Positions 33,292-42,854 of a stretch of DNA of 64,000 bases are shown here, in pieces. Below the pieces are notes generated by a model, which made no database searches, had not been told where the DNA came from, and was given only the letters and a program-made list of their open reading frames with translations. Location: contig JARIGK010000001.1 in the NCBI GenBank assembly GCA_029288895.1, forward strand, positions 134,682 through 198,681, given 5' to 3'. The translations under genes and the position numbers were made by a program. Every line of letters begins with the position of its first letter. Within the stretch, counting starts at the first letter, position 1. The DNA is from Candidatus Adlerbacteria bacterium. Its GTDB lineage: Bacteria > Patescibacteriota > Minisyncoccia > Phycocordibacterales > SBAW01.

Positions 33292-35352
33292 TTATCCTTG
33301 CACACGGCCCAGCGCCGTTTGAAGATCGCTGAGGCTAATAGGCTTAACGAGGTATTGGTCGAACCATTCGCGCGCATCCATGCGTCGCGAATCGCCCAGC
33401 CCATAGCCCGTCAGTGCGATAAGAGTGCCGCGATAGTTCTGGCCTCGCAGCATGCGCGCCACGTCGTAGCCGTCCTGGTCGGGGAGGCCGATATCCAAGA
33501 AGATGAGGTCGGGCGAAATGCTGCGTGCTTTGGCGAGACCCTGCGCACCATCGTAGGCGTACTGCACGCGTGCACCGTGGAGTTCGAGCAGGCGCCCAAT
33601 GCCGGCCGCCGCGGCATCATTGTCGTCGATAATAAGGACAAGCGGTTGTTTTGATTTGGGTTGGGACCCTGGCGTGCGGATATCCGTGGCGCGCGCCTCG
33701 CGTTTTGGAAGCATCGTGTTGCCCGAGCGCATCAGCGGTATAGTCACTACAAAGCGGCTGCCGAGCCCGGCGCCATCGCTGTATGCCTCGATGGTGCCGC
33801 CGTGGAGTTCGACGAAGTTGCGTACGAGTGTAAGCCCAATGCCGAGACCTTTTTTATTGCGCGCATCTTGCTCGACCTGGTGGAAGGGGAGGAAGATGGT
33901 CTCAAGTTCGTTCGGGCGAATACCAATGCCGCGGTCGGACACTTCGATGCTTGCATTGTGGCCCTCTTCGCGCATCGAAAGCGTAATTGTTGTACCCGAT
34001 GGCGAGTATTTCGACGCGTTCGTCAGCAAGTTGGAAAACACTTGCTCCAAACGCACTGCGTCGCCAAGCACATGGAGTTGCTGTTTTGGCATATTCAACA
34101 CCAAACGCTGATGCAATTCTTTGCGGTGATGTTCGGTCGAAAGCACAGCGCGTTTCAGTACGACATCGAGCGATACCTGTTCGCGCTTCAAATCGACTTT
34201 GCCTTCCGAAATGCGGGAGATGTCGAGGAGGTCGTCGAGCAGGCGGCGGATAGTGTCCATCCGGTTTTCCATCATGGTAAGCAATTCGGTATCTTCTGCG
34301 TCGCGGCCGCCTTTTAATTTCATCAAATCGATGGATGAAATAACAGGCGCCAGCGGGTTGCGCAATTCGTGCGACAAAATGGCAATAAAATCATTTTTTG
34401 CTTTCGACTCTGAACTTTCGCGCGCCACAGCGTTGCGAAGTGTTGCCAACTGCGAGTGCATGATGTTGGTGTTGACGCGGCGATCTTCTTCAAGCGAGGT
34501 GATGATAAAAAAGAGCAGCGTGAGCATGATCAGCAACAGTTCTGTCTGGAATAGGTAGTCGACAACTAGGGGGGCTGGCGAATACAGTGCAACGCTCGTA
34601 ATGGCAAAGCATGAGGTGAGTAGCAGTGCGAGCGTAATAAATCGCGGCCGCATTTTAAGTGCGATGTAGAAGAGGGGTGCCATCAAAAAATATACCGTCG
34701 GAATGCCGCCAAGCGTCCCCATTTGGCGGACAAACAGCAAGTAGTCGAGCCCAAGCAGCGCCACGAAGACAAGTACGAGCTCGACCATTTCGCCAGCGTT
34801 GCGCGAAAAGCGCGGCTTGGCCAACCAGCGCAGCAAGAACGGCGTCATGATAAGGAAGCAGAAGAGTGTCGCGACATAGGAATGCTCCCACGTAAGCCCT
34901 AAATCGGAGAGGCCGCGATATGCGCGCACCAAAAGTCCGAGCGTTGGCGAAATAAGAGAGATGCACACTGCTGTTGCCATAAAGAAGAACGTGTCGCGAT
35001 ACCGTCGGAAGAGCGGGTCGATGCGTGCCTCAAGCAAGAGCCATGCACCCGCCAACCCTTGCAACACTTCAAATATCGGCAAGAAAATAATTGAAAGGAG
35101 AGAGCCGCCTGTCGCGATGTTTGCGACAAGCGCCGAAAGGTAGACGACGGGCCATAGGCGCGTACCGGCGAAGTAGAGTGCGGCCAGTGCGATGCCCGAT
35201 GCCGGGTTAAAGCGGGCCATGGGTGGAAGCACGACGCGAGCAAGCGCAAAGACAGCAACATAGAACACAAACAGGGCTGCTGCCGCGCGCCATTCGCGGA
35301 TACTATAGACTCCCGCTAATGCCCGGAGGCGTTTATTCATTGCTTCTACCAT
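33292..35352 (-). CDS. Second MASE1 hybrid sensor histidine kinase
   Basis: SHELRNPL, NLLTNASKY, GLGIGL, REC domain; paralog of 28257-30326. Confidence 0.95.
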   Translation of the reverse strand: MVEAMNKRLRALAGVYSIREWRAAAALFVFYVAVFALARVVLPPMARFNPASGIALAALYFAGTRLWPVVYLSALVANIATGGSLLSIIFLPIFEVLQGLAGAWLLLEARIDPLFRRYRDTFFFMATAVCISLISPTLGLLVRAYRGLSDLGLTWEHSYVATLFCFLIMTPFLLRWLAKPRFSRNAGEMVELVLVFVALLGLDYLLFVRQMGTLGGIPTVYFLMAPLFYIALKMRPRFITLALLLTSCFAITSVALYSPAPLVVDYLFQTELLLIMLTLLFFIITSLEEDRRVNTNIMHSQLATLRNAVARESSESKAKNDFIAILSHELRNPLAPVISSIDLMKLKGGRDAEDTELLTMMENRMDTIRRLLDDLLDISRISEGKVDLKREQVSLDVVLKRAVLSTEHHRKELHQRLVLNMPKQQLHVLGDAVRLEQVFSNLLTNASKYSPSGTTITLSMREEGHNASIEVSDRGIGIRPNELETIFLPFHQVEQDARNKKGLGIGLTLVRNFVELHGGTIEAYSDGAGLGSRFVVTIPLMRSGNTMLPKREARATDIRTPGSQPKSKQPLVLIIDDNDAAAAGIGRLLELHGARVQYAYDGAQGLAKARSISPDLIFLDIGLPDQDGYDVARMLRGQNYRGTLIALTGYGLGDSRRMDAREWFDQYLVKPISLSDLQTALGRVQG

Positions 35353-35431
35353 AGCTCTATCGTAGAAAAATGCAAAAGACTCGGGGTCGCACGATGTGCA
35401 ATACCCCGAGCCGTTTGCAGATTACCTGCTG

Positions 35432-35971
35432 TTATGCGGATGTTCGTTTGAGGAGATAGCCCGCGCTCCCAAGAACCGCTACCCCAGAAAGGATGAGCGA
35501 AATGATAGTGGGGAGTGGGTCACCGCCCTCGCCCGTGTTTGGGACCCCAGGAATGGCTGTGGTCGATGTGCCCAATACTACGCCGCCCGAGCCCGAGGAG
35601 CCGCCTGTGGTGCTTGGCGTATTGGTGATGATGCCACCACCACCGCCCCCGCCACCGCCGCCAGACGAGCTACTGCCGCCGCCTGAACTTGGTGAGCTAA
35701 CGACGCTGCCGCCAAGCGAGCCTCCAGGTGAGGATGTTACCGTGCCGCCAAGCGAGCCGCCCGATGACGTTGCGACGCTACCGCTAAGGCTGGAACCCGT
35801 CGTGCTTGCGCTTGGGGTGCTCGTTGTTGTTGTCGATGTCGTCGTCGTTGACGTGGACCCTCCCGCACTCAAGGTGCCGGTGATCTCGGAGGCGCTTGCG
35901 ACGCTCGCCATACTTCCTGCGATGAGCAGTGCGGAGAGAATTCGTGCTGTGCTCTTAGTCATGAGATGCAT
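35432..35971 (-). CDS. Ser/Thr/Gly-rich surface protein with VPNTG sortase signal
   Basis: Signal peptide; VPNTG + TM + basic tail (KR); GGSLGG[ST]V repeats. Confidence 0.82.
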   Translation of the reverse strand: MHLMTKSTARILSALLIAGSMASVASASEITGTLSAGGSTSTTTTSTTTTSTPSASTTGSSLSGSVATSSGGSLGGTVTSSPGGSLGGSVVSSPSSGGGSSSSGGGGGGGGGGIITNTPSTTGGSSGSGGVVLGTSTTAIPGVPNTGEGGDPLPTIISLILSGVAVLGSAGYLLKRTSA

Positions 35972-35995
35972 TGCGTTTACTTGCTAATACGATTG

Positions 35996-37105
35996 TTAGA
36001 ACGGAGTTGTGGTCGACATTGCGCCGAAGGTTGTCGTGTAGTTGCCAGTTGGCGTACCAGACGGTACTGCTGCCTGGATGTAGACATCGATCTGGCGTCC
36101 CGGCGTTGTCGACGAGGTGTCACCGACGAGCATCATGTTGCCGCTGTAGTCGTTATTTGCCTCAAGCATCGAGGACGCGGTGGTCGATGCGTTCGATGAC
36201 TGTGGAGACCAGATGCGGATGTGATTTGCTGTCGCAAAGGTTGTCGACGAATTTGCCGTGTTGATGAAGTCGCCGAACTTCATAGCGAAGTTGCTTTCGG
36301 TGTCCGGAACAACGAGGTGGAGTATCCACTCCCACCCATGCTCAAACGTTCCATCTGCTGTGGCGCTCGTCTGCACGCTGTCGACACCTGTCACTGCAAG
36401 TGGAGTAGTTGATGTTGATGTCGTTGTTGTGCTCGTGCTCGAAGATACTGGTTGCACGTAGTAGGAGTTTGATGCCATGAGGCCACTCGTGCGGCCAGTT
36501 GCCGTGATCGCTGCCGGGCCCACTGCAAGTGACGGCACTGTCATGCTCTGTGTAAAGTTGCCGCTTGCGTCAGCAGAAACGGTCGTTGTTGCGCCGCCGA
36601 ACATAATGTCGACTTGCTCGGACGAATTGAAGTTTGTACCGAGCGCGTTGAACATGGAACCTGGTTCGCCGCTGTAGGAGCTCAGCGCCAAGAACGCGGT
36701 TGATGTTGCAGCCGGCGTGTAGCTGAAGGTCAGCATGTTGGATGCCACGTTGCCCGTCGATGATGCGGTCGACGACGAAACATCAGCACCGACCATAACC
36801 GTCACTGTGCCCGACGCCGTTGGCATCACGTTGAAGGTAAACGTCGTGCCGCTGCCCGACACTGTGCCAACGGTGGCATTAGTTGCCGTGATGTTCGCAC
36901 TGGTGAGGCCGTTTACCGCTTGCGAGAACGTTGCAGTGACGGGGATAGTCGTCGCTGACGTACTCGAGGAGACGGTCGAAGAAAGAACTACCGTTGGGCC
37001 GCCCGAGGCTGCCGACGAGAGGGATGCCAAACCTCCAAGTACTGCAACCGCCGCTATCATGGCGACTGCCATGCTTGAAAGTATCCCGATAGATTTTGCT
37101 TTCAT
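35996..37105 (-). CDS. Secreted Ser/Thr-rich multi-Ig-like domain protein
   Basis: Signal peptide, PTVVLS..VTATFS..V.G Ig-like pattern, three beta-rich domains. Confidence 0.8.
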   Translation of the reverse strand: MKAKSIGILSSMAVAMIAAVAVLGGLASLSSAASGGPTVVLSSTVSSSTSATTIPVTATFSQAVNGLTSANITATNATVGTVSGSGTTFTFNVMPTASGTVTVMVGADVSSSTASSTGNVASNMLTFSYTPAATSTAFLALSSYSGEPGSMFNALGTNFNSSEQVDIMFGGATTTVSADASGNFTQSMTVPSLAVGPAAITATGRTSGLMASNSYYVQPVSSSTSTTTTSTSTTPLAVTGVDSVQTSATADGTFEHGWEWILHLVVPDTESNFAMKFGDFINTANSSTTFATANHIRIWSPQSSNASTTASSMLEANNDYSGNMMLVGDTSSTTPGRQIDVYIQAAVPSGTPTGNYTTTFGAMSTTTPF

Positions 37106-37237
37106 ATAGTAATACCTAATACCTAGTTAATAAGTTTCGAACGAGGCTTCAGTAAAACAGGCGAGTAGTGAACGCTCGGTGAAAAGCCGCGTGAAGCACT
37201 TCACGATTGCTTTATAAAAAACCCGCACACTAGGTAT

Positions 37238-37840
37238 GTGTCAGCACGAATACCATATGGTGCAGCGATAGCCGTCATTGTTGTGGCGGCGTTCGTGTTT
37301 GTTTTTGTGTTGTGGCATGCAGTGTGGGGCGGCGGGGAGGAGAGCGATATCGTCCCGGCGAATATGCCTGCAGCGGTCCTTGCTGCGACAACCTCGATGC
37401 CTGCGCGTTTAGAAATACCCGTGCTGCATGTTGATGCGCGCGTGCAATACGTCGGTGTGACATCAAAAGGCACCATGGGTGTGCCGAGCAACTTTACCGA
37501 TGTTGCGTGGTACAAGTACGGCGCGGTGCCGGGGCAGGCGGGCAGCGCTGTCATGGACGGTCATGTTGATAACGCGCTGTCGTTGCCAGGGGTGTTTAAA
37601 CATTTGGCCGATATCCATGTCGGCGATGATCTCTATGTTCAAACGAATGATGGCAGCACACTGCACTTCCGTGTGTACGATGTCGAGACGTACCCGTACG
37701 ACCAGGTGCCGATGCAAACCGTGTTTGCACAAACGCGCGATGCGCACCTCACGCTTATCACGTGCGGCGGTACCTGGGTGCAAAGCAAAAAAACGTACGA
37801 CCATCGCGTGGTGGTGTACTCGGCATTGGTGGGGAGTTAA
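37238..37840 (+). CDS. Class F sortase
   Basis: N-terminal TM, WY..G..PG..GSAVMDGHVD, LTLITC, R catalytic triad. Confidence 0.92.
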   Translation: MSARIPYGAAIAVIVVAAFVFVFVLWHAVWGGGEESDIVPANMPAAVLAATTSMPARLEIPVLHVDARVQYVGVTSKGTMGVPSNFTDVAWYKYGAVPGQAGSAVMDGHVDNALSLPGVFKHLADIHVGDDLYVQTNDGSTLHFRVYDVETYPYDQVPMQTVFAQTRDAHLTLITCGGTWVQSKKTYDHRVVVYSALVGS

Positions 37841-38376
37841 CGGCGCGCGAGCGAGGATTGTTGCGTACCAAAAAATTCGACGATGATGGTTGTTTGTTTG
37901 CCTTGGTAGATTCCGCGTGCGATGCCGATACCCATATCTTTGTACTTCGCGTTGATGATATTTGCGCGGTGCGTTGGCGAATTCATCCATGCCATTTCGA
38001 CACTCGCGGCGTCAGAAAAATCCATCGCTAAATTTTCTGCGGCATAGAGGTATGTGTAGCCATTTTGTATAAACCATTTCCATGGCGCCTGGCCCTCGGG
38101 GGATGTGTGCGAGAAATACTGGCGGGCGAGCATATCGTCGGCGCGTTTTTGTGCAGCCTGGTCGAGCAGCGCATTATCTTTCACGGCGCCGATGTGCTGC
38201 GAAGCACGGTCAGTATTGGTGAGTGTAATAATTTGGCTGGCGAGCGCTGTGTCTAGAGGAGGCCGTGTTTGTACCTGCGCAAGTACAGGGATTGGCCCTG
38301 CAGTAAAAAATGCGAGAGCGAAAAGAAAGGTCGAGAAAGAGGAGAGTGTGCGCGAATACATGAGAGTACTCATCAA
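37837..38376 (-). CDS. CAP/SCP domain secreted protein
   Basis: TN.DR, YFSH, AENLA, WMNSPTHRANI. Confidence 0.92.
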   Translation of the reverse strand: MMSTLMYSRTLSSFSTFLFALAFFTAGPIPVLAQVQTRPPLDTALASQIITLTNTDRASQHIGAVKDNALLDQAAQKRADDMLARQYFSHTSPEGQAPWKWFIQNGYTYLYAAENLAMDFSDAASVEMAWMNSPTHRANIINAKYKDMGIGIARGIYQGKQTTIIVEFFGTQQSSLARR

Positions 38377-38439
38377 TTGTAGATGAGTTCATACTCAATT
38401 CATATTCACATCGATGAAGAGGTCAGCTAGATGAAGAGC

Positions 38440-38967
38440 CTAGCGAAAGATTTTTTTCGAGAGCCACACAAAAGCAGCGCCAGTAAGAATGCCAAGTACT
38501 ATGCCGCCGAGGATATCAGACGGGTAGTGCACACCTGCGGCAACGCGCGCGGCACCGATAAGGAGGCCTGTTGCCATGAGCGCCCACCCAAACTTTTTAT
38601 TGAAGTGAAGAATGACCGTTGCGAGCGCGAACATAAATATGGTGTGGCCCGATGGAAAGGAATACGCCGAGTCCGCCACCAGATGGGGGATGTTGAGTGC
38701 AGAAAATGGACGTGCGCGGTGCCAGAAGTGGCGTATGAGGGATGCAATGCCGTAGCGTGCAACGAGCGCTGCCACAAGTGCAAGGCAATAGCCCATGACA
38801 TGTTCGCGTTCGCCTTTCTTCCACGCGAGTGCGAATGCTGCCACTACGCCAAGCAGCACAGCGTAGATGAGATATTCGGCGCAGACGATGATCGCCGTAT
38901 CAAGAAGCGCGCTCTGTCCTGCGAGGTTGTGGAGTGCGTAGAAGAGTGAGAGGTCGAGTTGCTGCAT
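38440..38967 (-). CDS. PAP2 undecaprenyl-diphosphatase (BcrC-like)
   Basis: RARP, SFPSGH, RVAAGVHYPSDI. Confidence 0.9.
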   Translation of the reverse strand: MQQLDLSLFYALHNLAGQSALLDTAIIVCAEYLIYAVLLGVVAAFALAWKKGEREHVMGYCLALVAALVARYGIASLIRHFWHRARPFSALNIPHLVADSAYSFPSGHTIFMFALATVILHFNKKFGWALMATGLLIGAARVAAGVHYPSDILGGIVLGILTGAAFVWLSKKIFR

Positions 38968-38973
38968 ATGTCG

Positions 38974-39369
38974 TTAGTGGAAGTACCCGAGGATCGCGGC
39001 ACCCGCGATAATCGTGATGAGGCTGCTGAAGATGCCAAGCCAGAATACGGTCATTTTGCCGCCCCAGAGTGCGTCACCCAATTTCATCGGGGCGATAAAG
39101 CCAACCCATGCCCAGACACCAATAGCAATGGCATTGAGAGGCGAGAGGCCTTGCGTTGCGCGCGCAAGCACATAGAACATCACCAAGCTTGCGATAAATT
39201 GCCAGATGTAGCTTGTGGCCATAGCCTTCTGCATCTGTTTTTTTTCTGCGGTACTCTTGTTTTCCCAACCCATGGCGCGAATATAGACTTTGCCAAAGAG
39301 CGGGCCGTACCAGAGAGCGCCTATAACCATGGAAGCGACCGCAGCCGCCAGAATCGCGATGTAGTTCAT
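38974..39369 (-). CDS. DUF1761-like membrane protein
   Basis: N-terminal NY.AIL...GALWYGPLFGK. Confidence 0.8.
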   Translation of the reverse strand: MNYIAILAAAVASMVIGALWYGPLFGKVYIRAMGWENKSTAEKKQMQKAMATSYIWQFIASLVMFYVLARATQGLSPLNAIAIGVWAWVGFIAPMKLGDALWGGKMTVFWLGIFSSLITIIAGAAILGYFH

Positions 39370-39373
39370 ATAG

Positions 39374-39793
39374 TTATGCTAGCACGGGGCTGCACGAATT
39401 GCAGAGGCAGCCTTTTGGCTTGATAAATTCGTCAAAATACTCGGTATCGTAGTCGTAGGTGAGCTCCTCGCCGGGCTTAATAGTTCGCTTTGCGAAGATA
39501 AAGACGCGTTTGTTTTTAATGTCGATTTCGCAGTTGGGTTTGCAGGCATGGTTCACATACTTGGCGATGTTGCCCGGCACGTTGCCATCGATCATCGAGT
39601 GTTTGCCCGTCTCGAAAAAGTACTTGCCACTTTTGTTGTGCTGCTCCCAGTCGTTGAGTGCGCGGCCAGTGTATTCGAGTATGCAGGCACCTTTCGGGAT
39701 TTTTTCTTCAGCAAATACGCCCTTTCCGGTGCGTGATTTTCCAACGCGCACCTTAAAATCCCCCGGCGTAAATCTCTTCGGTAATTTTTTCAT
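39374..39793 (-). CDS. SET domain lysine methyltransferase
   Basis: GKGVFA, NHACKPN, GEELTYDY, post-SET CLCNSC; start chosen 6 nt after TATACT. Confidence 0.9.
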   Translation of the reverse strand: MKKLPKRFTPGDFKVRVGKSRTGKGVFAEEKIPKGACILEYTGRALNDWEQHNKSGKYFFETGKHSMIDGNVPGNIAKYVNHACKPNCEIDIKNKRVFIFAKRTIKPGEELTYDYDTEYFDEFIKPKGCLCNSCSPVLA

Positions 39794-39894
39794 CCAAACA
39801 GTATACATCTTAAGTAAATCTTCATAATTCGACTGATACCCTTCTTTATACATCAATCGGTTATCACACCGGTCGAAGCGGGGAGTTCTTTCTA

Positions 39895-40767
39895 ATGCAG
39901 AATAACGGGCAGGGTTCGAACGTCTATCACACGATGTCGTTCGGGGGGCTGTATCCCATAGCTAACGAATTGCTCGGGATGAGCGTATTGTTCGCCTCCT
40001 GGCAGTCGACAATAATACGCATGCACAAAAAAGACGGGACACCAGTCTCGAATGCCGACAAAAACATCCAACGGTTCGTAAAGAACTGTTTGCTAACCGC
40101 GTATCCCGAGATACCGGTCTGCGGCGAGGAAGATGATTGCTTGCCGTCGCGCATGGTACGTGCAGGGACACATTGGTCCGTCGACCCTATCGACGGTACG
40201 CGCTACTACGAGGCAAAGAAGGATGAGTGGTGTATTTCCATCGCACTTATTGTTGCTGGCGTTCCATATGCGGGCATAATCATCCAGCCAAGTCTTCGCG
40301 AATGTTTTATCGGCATCCGCGGTAAAGGTGTGCAGTCGCGTTCGCACGAGACGGCGTGGGTAGCACACAGCAAAATGCTATGGGCGGATGTAAGTACGCC
40401 CATGCTGATTGTGCCGACGTCGCAGTCGGTGTTTCGAAACCAGTCATATGTGGAGCAAGCTGGCCGTCTGACGCTTGCGTACGAAAATACCTTTAGCGCG
40501 CCGTCAGTGTCGGCGGGTCTCGAAATTGTGCGCGGGCGTGCGTGGGGGTGGGCGAGCCTCTTTGAGCCGTGGCACTGGGACATCGCCGCAAGCTACATCT
40601 TGGTGAAGGAGATTGGCGGAGCAGCCCTATGTGCAAACGGCCAGGAGATCCCATGGCACAAGGACCGTATGCCGCCAGTTGTTTTCGCTCGGACACAGAA
40701 AGAGGCAGAAGAAATCTGTAGCGTTCTTCGGGGCGAGCACATTCAATCACGACAGGCCGTCTCATAA
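39895..40767 (+). CDS. Inositol monophosphatase/CysQ family
   Basis: K.D..PV..AD, GEE, VDPIDGT, WDIAA. Confidence 0.88.
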   Translation: MQNNGQGSNVYHTMSFGGLYPIANELLGMSVLFASWQSTIIRMHKKDGTPVSNADKNIQRFVKNCLLTAYPEIPVCGEEDDCLPSRMVRAGTHWSVDPIDGTRYYEAKKDEWCISIALIVAGVPYAGIIIQPSLRECFIGIRGKGVQSRSHETAWVAHSKMLWADVSTPMLIVPTSQSVFRNQSYVEQAGRLTLAYENTFSAPSVSAGLEIVRGRAWGWASLFEPWHWDIAASYILVKEIGGAALCANGQEIPWHKDRMPPVVFARTQKEAEEICSVLRGEHIQSRQAVS

Positions 40768-40862
40768 GACGGCCTTTTTCTTTGCATATACAAGAGAAAA
40801 GCGTAGGATGGCACACAGACGCGGTTACGCCGCCCGTTCTTACTCTTGTGGAGGACTATGCA

Positions 40863-41831
40863 ATGATCGTTCGTCTACTCGCTCTTGTGTGCGCGCTACT
40901 CGTTCCAGGGTTCGCGAATGCAGAGGTCTATCCGGCCAAGCCTGTGCGGCTTATCGTCGGCTTTCCGCCCGGAGGGCCAACTGATGTGCTTGCGCGAATC
41001 GTCGCCGAGAGTCTTTCGGCGAAGTTGGGTGTGCAGGTGCTTGTCGAGAACAAGCCCGGCGCTGGCACCATCCTTGCAATCAAAGAGGTGATTGCAGCGG
41101 CGCCCGACGGCTACACACTTTTGTTTGGCAGCCCGAACGTTGCCACCAACGAAACACTCTATCCAAATCGCGGGTACGAATTTCTGCAGAGTACTGAGCC
41201 TGTTGCGCTCGTTGCCCGAGGGCCAGTCGCATTGTATGTAAAGCGCGGCACTCCTGATGAGGATCGTTTCCAGACGTTGGATAGTCTTATCGGGTTCGCA
41301 AAGGCACATCCGTGGAGGCTCAACATGGCATCTCCGGGCAACGGCACAGCGAGCCATCTCATCGGCGAACTCTTCCAAATGCGGGCGGGCGTCACCATGA
41401 CGCACGTTCCGTACAAAGGCGGCAGCCAGGTGATGCCAGACTTGCTCGCAGGGAGGGTTAGCCTGACCTTTGATACGACGACGTTGGCGCTCCAGTATGT
41501 CCGTGATGGGCGTTTGCGCGCGCTTGGGGTTACAACCAAGCAACGCGTCAGCGTCTTGCCGGACACGCCCGCCATTGCCGAGGTCCTTCCTGGGTTCGAG
41601 GCAAGTAACTGGTGGGGCATTAGCGCGCCAAAAGGAACTCCAGCGTCGGTTGTCGCGCGGCTTAACAGTGCGATCAACAGTGTGCTCGGCGAACAGGAAA
41701 TGCAGAAGAAGCTCACTGAGTTGGGGCTTATCCCCGCGGGAGGCACGCCGTCTGAGTACGGCACCTTCATTGCGGCGGAGACGCTCAAGTGGGCGGACGT
41801 CATCCGCTACTCTGGAGCTACGCTCGATTAA
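40863..41831 (+). CDS. Bug/TctC tripartite tricarboxylate transporter substrate-binding protein
   Basis: YPAKPVRLIVGFPPGGPTDVLAR, ENKPGAG, PDGYTL, HVPYKG. Confidence 0.95.
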   Translation: MIVRLLALVCALLVPGFANAEVYPAKPVRLIVGFPPGGPTDVLARIVAESLSAKLGVQVLVENKPGAGTILAIKEVIAAAPDGYTLLFGSPNVATNETLYPNRGYEFLQSTEPVALVARGPVALYVKRGTPDEDRFQTLDSLIGFAKAHPWRLNMASPGNGTASHLIGELFQMRAGVTMTHVPYKGGSQVMPDLLAGRVSLTFDTTTLALQYVRDGRLRALGVTTKQRVSVLPDTPAIAEVLPGFEASNWWGISAPKGTPASVVARLNSAINSVLGEQEMQKKLTELGLIPAGGTPSEYGTFIAAETLKWADVIRYSGATLD

Positions 41832-41987
41832 AAGACACACTACAACGCCAGCTCCTCGCGAGCCGGCGTTTTTTCTTAGCAATTATTACGGTAATGGGCG
41901 TTTAGGAGTAGAATCTTTTTCTATTACCCGTTTGATAGTTTTCACGATGCAACATTGTATAAAAAGAAAAGCTGTCCCGGAGGACAG

Positions 41988-42266
41988 CTAGTGTAAACGA
42001 AACTGATGCTGTACAAATTTTAGCTCGGCTGGTCGGATCAACCGCGAATGCGCCACACTCACTTTGTGGAGTTTGCCATCCAAATTCTTCTCCCAGAATT
42101 CCAAAAACCCAGTAAGTTTTGGAAAGCGAGGATGAAGATCCGTGTCCTGCCAAACATAACTCTGCAGAATATGTTTATGGTCGGGCATCCAGTAGAGAAT
42201 TTCTGCTGTTGTAATTCCGAAGCCCTTAAACAGTTCTACGAAATCTTTTGAGACAGATGCAGGCAT
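41988..42266 (-). CDS. Usg family protein
   Basis: G.TTAEILYWMPDH..LQSYVWQD.DL.P.FP.L..FL.FW...LDG.LH.V.VAH..LI.P. Confidence 0.85.
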   Translation of the reverse strand: MPASVSKDFVELFKGFGITTAEILYWMPDHKHILQSYVWQDTDLHPRFPKLTGFLEFWEKNLDGKLHKVSVAHSRLIRPAELKFVQHQFRLH

Positions 42267-42396
42267 CGTATGTCCCTCGCTCGTTGCTCCCGCTATAAGT
42301 AAAGCGCCGAACCTGTTCATCGTCAAAACGATCCTGTGAACTGTGTGGCCCGTGTTCATGACAACGAATGGTTTAGTAGAGCCCTGTCGTGGTGAT

Positions 42397-42426
42397 AAAA
42401 AGAGCCCTACAAAGTAGGGCTCTTTT
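42397..42426. terminator. Bidirectional terminator
   Basis: AAAAAGAGCCCTAC-aaa-GTAGGGCTCTTTT. Confidence 0.8.
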
Positions 42427-42446
42427 ACTCTGCAGTAGTAATAGAA

Positions 42447-42710
42447 TTAATTACCTTGGCAGTTGGTGTGCGAGTTGTTGTAGCCAGTTGCGCCAGCGTC
42501 TTGGCCAGTTGCGCCGCCGTGATATCCAGGCGTTCCGCCAGCTTGGCCGAGGAAGCCGAAATTCCCGTTAACGTCAGCGAAGGCGCCATGTGATGCTCCG
42601 CATGCAGATGCGTTTGAACCATCACCTGCGGCAAATGCAGGCATTACTGCCGCTCCGAACAAAAGTGCGCTTGCGCCCGCGCCCAACACTGCTTTCTTGA
42701 AGGTACCCAT
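42447..42710 (-). CDS. Small secreted Gly-rich peptide with two Cys
   Basis: Signal peptide ending AFA; about 60-aa mature part. Confidence 0.7.
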   Translation of the reverse strand: MGTFKKAVLGAGASALLFGAAVMPAFAAGDGSNASACGASHGAFADVNGNFGFLGQAGGTPGYHGGATGQDAGATGYNNSHTNCQGN

Positions 42711-42854
42711 AGATTGCTTAAGAAGTTAACGAATATTTTCCCAGTATACGTACCCTTCATTAATAACGTATGAAATAGAGGAGGTTGAACCTGCCTGCAT
42801 AAAAGAGAAATCGCCCACACGGAGCAGATTTCCGTTGGGCGATTGTGCAACCGA

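Noticed and set aside
35493-35987. Poly-Pro plus-strand ORF
   Set aside because: Antisense of the Gly-rich VPNTG protein.
40896-41882. Long antisense ORFs (also opposite rpoC, nrdA, murA and the kinases)
   Set aside because: Shadows of codon-biased real genes, with no motifs or start signals.
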